64,000 nucleotides of DNA from Sphaerodactylus townsendi (Eukaryota). Location of the stretch: positions 64,914,001 through 64,978,000 of the forward strand of contig NC_059432.1 of assembly GCF_021028975.2 (NCBI RefSeq), given 5' to 3'. The notes under the pieces were generated by a model, which had not been told where the DNA came from, searched no databases, and was given only the letters and a program-made list of their open reading frames with translations. Made by a program: the position numbers and the translations under genes. Shown here piece after piece: positions 61,376-64,000 of this stretch (positions are counted from its first letter, which is position 1; the number at the start of each line of letters is the position of its first letter).

Positions 61376-61879
61376 CCTTACAGTATGAAACTGTTTGTAG
61401 TATTCTGGGTCAGTGCTGTAAAAGCAAAGACTCCAGGCGTCTTCGATGAGTCTCCAGGTAACCTTCCACCAATGCAAACTGATCTGTAACTTAACCTCAG
61501 GCAGGCCTGATTGGTATCCTGTCCTTCACTCCATGCATGGTCCCTCTGGCACTGCTCATAGTGGGCTCCTTCTGCTTAGATTGTCCGAGCTACCCGCTTG
61601 AGGTACCCCTGCAACATTCACCCAAACCAGACCGTTATTGAATCTTTGTTGGTTGCTCTGGCTGGTGGCAGCTTCCCAGTGGCTCAGGAAAAGAACCTTC
61701 CACATCACCTTCTATCTACCTTGCCCTTTTGGATCTTCTGCATGCTAGGCAGGTGCAGGCATGGGTAAAATATGGTGCTCCTCTTTGGCGTTTTTCGAGC
61801 TTGAAAAAGCCAAAAAAAAAAAAAAGCAGAGGGATCGTTAAGTCCTGTCCACTGCATACCAATAGGAGACTAAAGTCTA

Positions 61880-62530
61880 TTGCACACAACGGGCTTGCTT
61901 CCAAGCAAGGAGGCCCGGCAGAGGCAAAGTTGCCCGTACTCGAGAGAGGCCCTCTATCTCGCTCGCAGCTGGAAAGAAAGTAAATCACATCCTGGACAGG
62001 ACTTGCCCCTCGCCCTTTTGCAATTCTTGGACCCCGCCTCCTGGGGACGGCCTCAGCACAGGCCAGGCTGTGGGACAAGGTCTCCCGAAGGCAACCCTGG
62101 CAGTTGCCGAGCGAGGGTCGAGACGATGCAAGTCCCCCGGATCCCGCCCCTTCGTTGGTCAAGAAGCCTTTGCAGGCGCCTCAGTGGGCCTGGGATAAGG
62201 GGCGCTCCTAGGAGGTTCGGCGCTGTGGCTGGGGGAAGCGGTGGGCGGCTGGACCTGCGCGGCATCTACCCACCCCTGACGACCCCCTTCACCTCGCAAG
62301 GAGAGGTGGATTATGTCCGTTTGGAGGAGAACGTGCGTCTTTACGATAAGGTTCCCTTCCGAGGTAAGATCGGCAGGCAGGGCTGGTGGGGTCCTTCGAG
62401 AAGGCCAATGCAGCAGAAGACCCGGGAGCCTTTCGTTGCTTGCAACAGACTCATGGGGCTACTCCTCGGGAATTAAAACAGGAACCCCCGGGAACTACTC
62501 CCGCCCCCCCCCCCCGACCGCCGTCACACA
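61880..62530. promoter_or_regulatory. CpG-rich HOGA1 promoter / exon 1 region
   Basis: CpG enrichment; GC box CCCCGCC (~62032); HNF4-like AGGCAAAGTT (~61922). Confidence 0.55.
62126..62363 (+). CDS. HOGA1: HOGA1 exon 1 (4-hydroxy-2-oxoglutarate aldolase; mitochondrial transit peptide and start of DHDPS-like domain)
   Basis: Arg-rich, acid-free presequence MQVPRIPPLRWSRSLCRRL..., then LRGIYPPLTTPFTSQGEVDYVRLEENVRLYDKVPFR-G; donor G|GTAAGA. Confidence 0.93.
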
Positions 62531-62842
62531 CCTTTGCAAGTGCACAACTATGCTCGCTGTAAACTCTCTCTTGAAAGTCAGTCGGTCCAGACCACTGTTC
62601 ATTCCTCTGCCTGGCGCTCTCCTATAAAACACAACCTTGACAAGTAGCTCCAAGTCTTTCTAAGGTCCATGTCTGGAAGAAATTCAACAGACACTGTTTT
62701 GTTTCACCTTTTGAATTCTGCCTGTCCTGCTGCCGGGACCAGCACAAGAGCCTCTGTTGAGAACAGGTGGCAATTATTGTCTGAATACACCTAAGGCATC
62801 TGTCAGCCTAGGGAGGACAAACACAGCATCTAATAGAATAAT

Positions 62843-63101
62843 GGTTCTGGTGGGTTTTCTGGGCTGTGTGGCCGTGGTCTGGTAGATCTAGTTTCGCCTG
62901 CATCTGTGGCTGGCATCTTCAGAGGTGTATCACAGAGAAAAATCTGTGTGAACAGACTTCCCTCTGTGATACACCTCTGAAGATGCCAGCCACAGATGCA
63001 GGCGAAACATTAGGAACAAGATCTACCAGACCACAGCCACACAGCCCGGAAAACCCACCAGAACCAGTTGAATCCGCCTGTGAAAGCCTTCAACAATACA
63101 T
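62843..63101 (+). mobile_element. PLE fold-back element with hammerhead motif
   Basis: Inverted arms; CTGAAGA(62977)...GAAAC(63004); TSD TAATAGAATAAT at 62831-62842 and 63102-63113. Confidence 0.87.
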
Positions 63102-63669
63102 TAATAGAATAATCTTTAGATGCAGTGTTGCAGTTTCAATTACAGCTGTGGCTTTAAAAGCTAGAAAAAGGGAACTTTGCTGTGTTGAATCTTGCAACTG
63201 GATTCTTTCCAACAGACAGAATGCTGAACTAGCAACTGAACTGTCTTCAAAGATACCTTGCCTGCCTGCCTGCCTGGACTTTGGGCTCATTTTCTGCTCT
63301 GCAGGAGATGTACAGTTAGGGGGAGGAGCCTGCCCCCAAATAATGCCCTTCTCGTTCTCATCTGTCCCCTCCTAAAATATCCTTGGTCGTGCCTTCTCCA
63401 TATTTGGTTCCCAACTTTCCTTGACACTGTTCCTTTCTTCAATAACAGTTGTGCACAGATCGAGTAGCACTATTTCTCTTCCAGCTATTGAGGATAGGGG
63501 TGCAGCCACACACTGGGAGACAGGAGTACCATGGCTGCACGACTGAGCAACTGATATAGCTATCTTGCATTGAGCTGCTTTTCTGGCACTGTGGCTGTAC
63601 CAGTTCTGGTGACTCAGTATCACAACAGGGACTTTAGAGCGCACAAGAACGACATCTGTTTTTTTGCAG

Positions 63670-63798
63670 GTTTTGTGGCGCAGGGCTCCACTGGAGAGGC
63701 CCCCTACTTGACACAGCAGGAACGTCTGGAAGTGGTGAGACGATTACGACAAGCTGTGTCCAAGGAAAAACTGCTGCTTGCTGGGTCCGGATGTGAAA
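63670..63798 (+). CDS. HOGA1: HOGA1 exon 2 (gene continues off the right edge)
   Basis: [43 protein letters not shown]; GxxGE motif; 129 nt. Confidence 0.95.
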
Positions 63799-64000
63799 GT
63801 GAGCAGTGTGGGCCTGGGATCATCAGCCTCTAGTTCCATCATGGCCTGAAGGATTGAAGATGGCTCTAGGGTTGGGAACTGACCCTATGTGGATCTTGTT
63901 TGAGTGGGACCTAATTCTGCTAATCTGACAGGCCCCATCCTCTGACTCGATAGGCTCCTAAAACCCCGATCCTCATGAGATCTTTGAAATTCATCCTTGC

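Noticed and set aside
61880-62125. N-terminal extension of HOGA1 in the 198-aa ORF
   Set aside because: Starts at a non-ATG codon; the ATG at 62126 yields a typical mitochondrial presequence.
1338-63113. Repeated ORFs MPATDAGETLGTRSTRP... as a peptide gene family
   Set aside because: They are translations of the PLE pLTR repeat, not genes.
63682-63700. HOGA1 GSTGE instead of human GSNGE
   Set aside because: Thr at this position is common in the DHDPS/NAL family and, as I recall, in other HOGA1 orthologues; not evidence of a new activity.

Overview
Vertebrate genomic DNA, most likely a squamate and probably a gecko, judged from the Squam3-like, 5S-derived and Penelope repeats. The window holds the conserved block MMS19(-) / UBTD1(+) / ANKRD2(+) / HOGA1(+), the same order as human 10q24. 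I traced 14 coding exons of MMS19 (its 3' part lies off the left edge), the complete 3-exon UBTD1 (227 aa), the complete 9-exon ANKRD2 (310 aa, or 331 aa from an upstream ATG) and the first 2 exons of HOGA1. All introns are GT-AG and all joins stay in frame. Introns and intergenic DNA are rich in transposable elements: a young 5'-truncated RTE-X-like LINE with a perfect 15-bp TSD, a Ty3/Gypsy remnant with Gmr1-like domain order, hAT and Harbinger MITEs, tRNA- and 5S-derived SINEs, and CR1/L2 fragments. The most striking non-genic signal is a family of ~250-bp fold-back elements derived from Penelope-like pLTRs, carrying a hammerhead-ribozyme core on each arm. A second is a splice donor/acceptor pair suggesting a non-coding MMS19 leader exon inside the UBTD1 CpG island. 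Gene and family names rest on recalled protein and repeat sequences, not on a database search.
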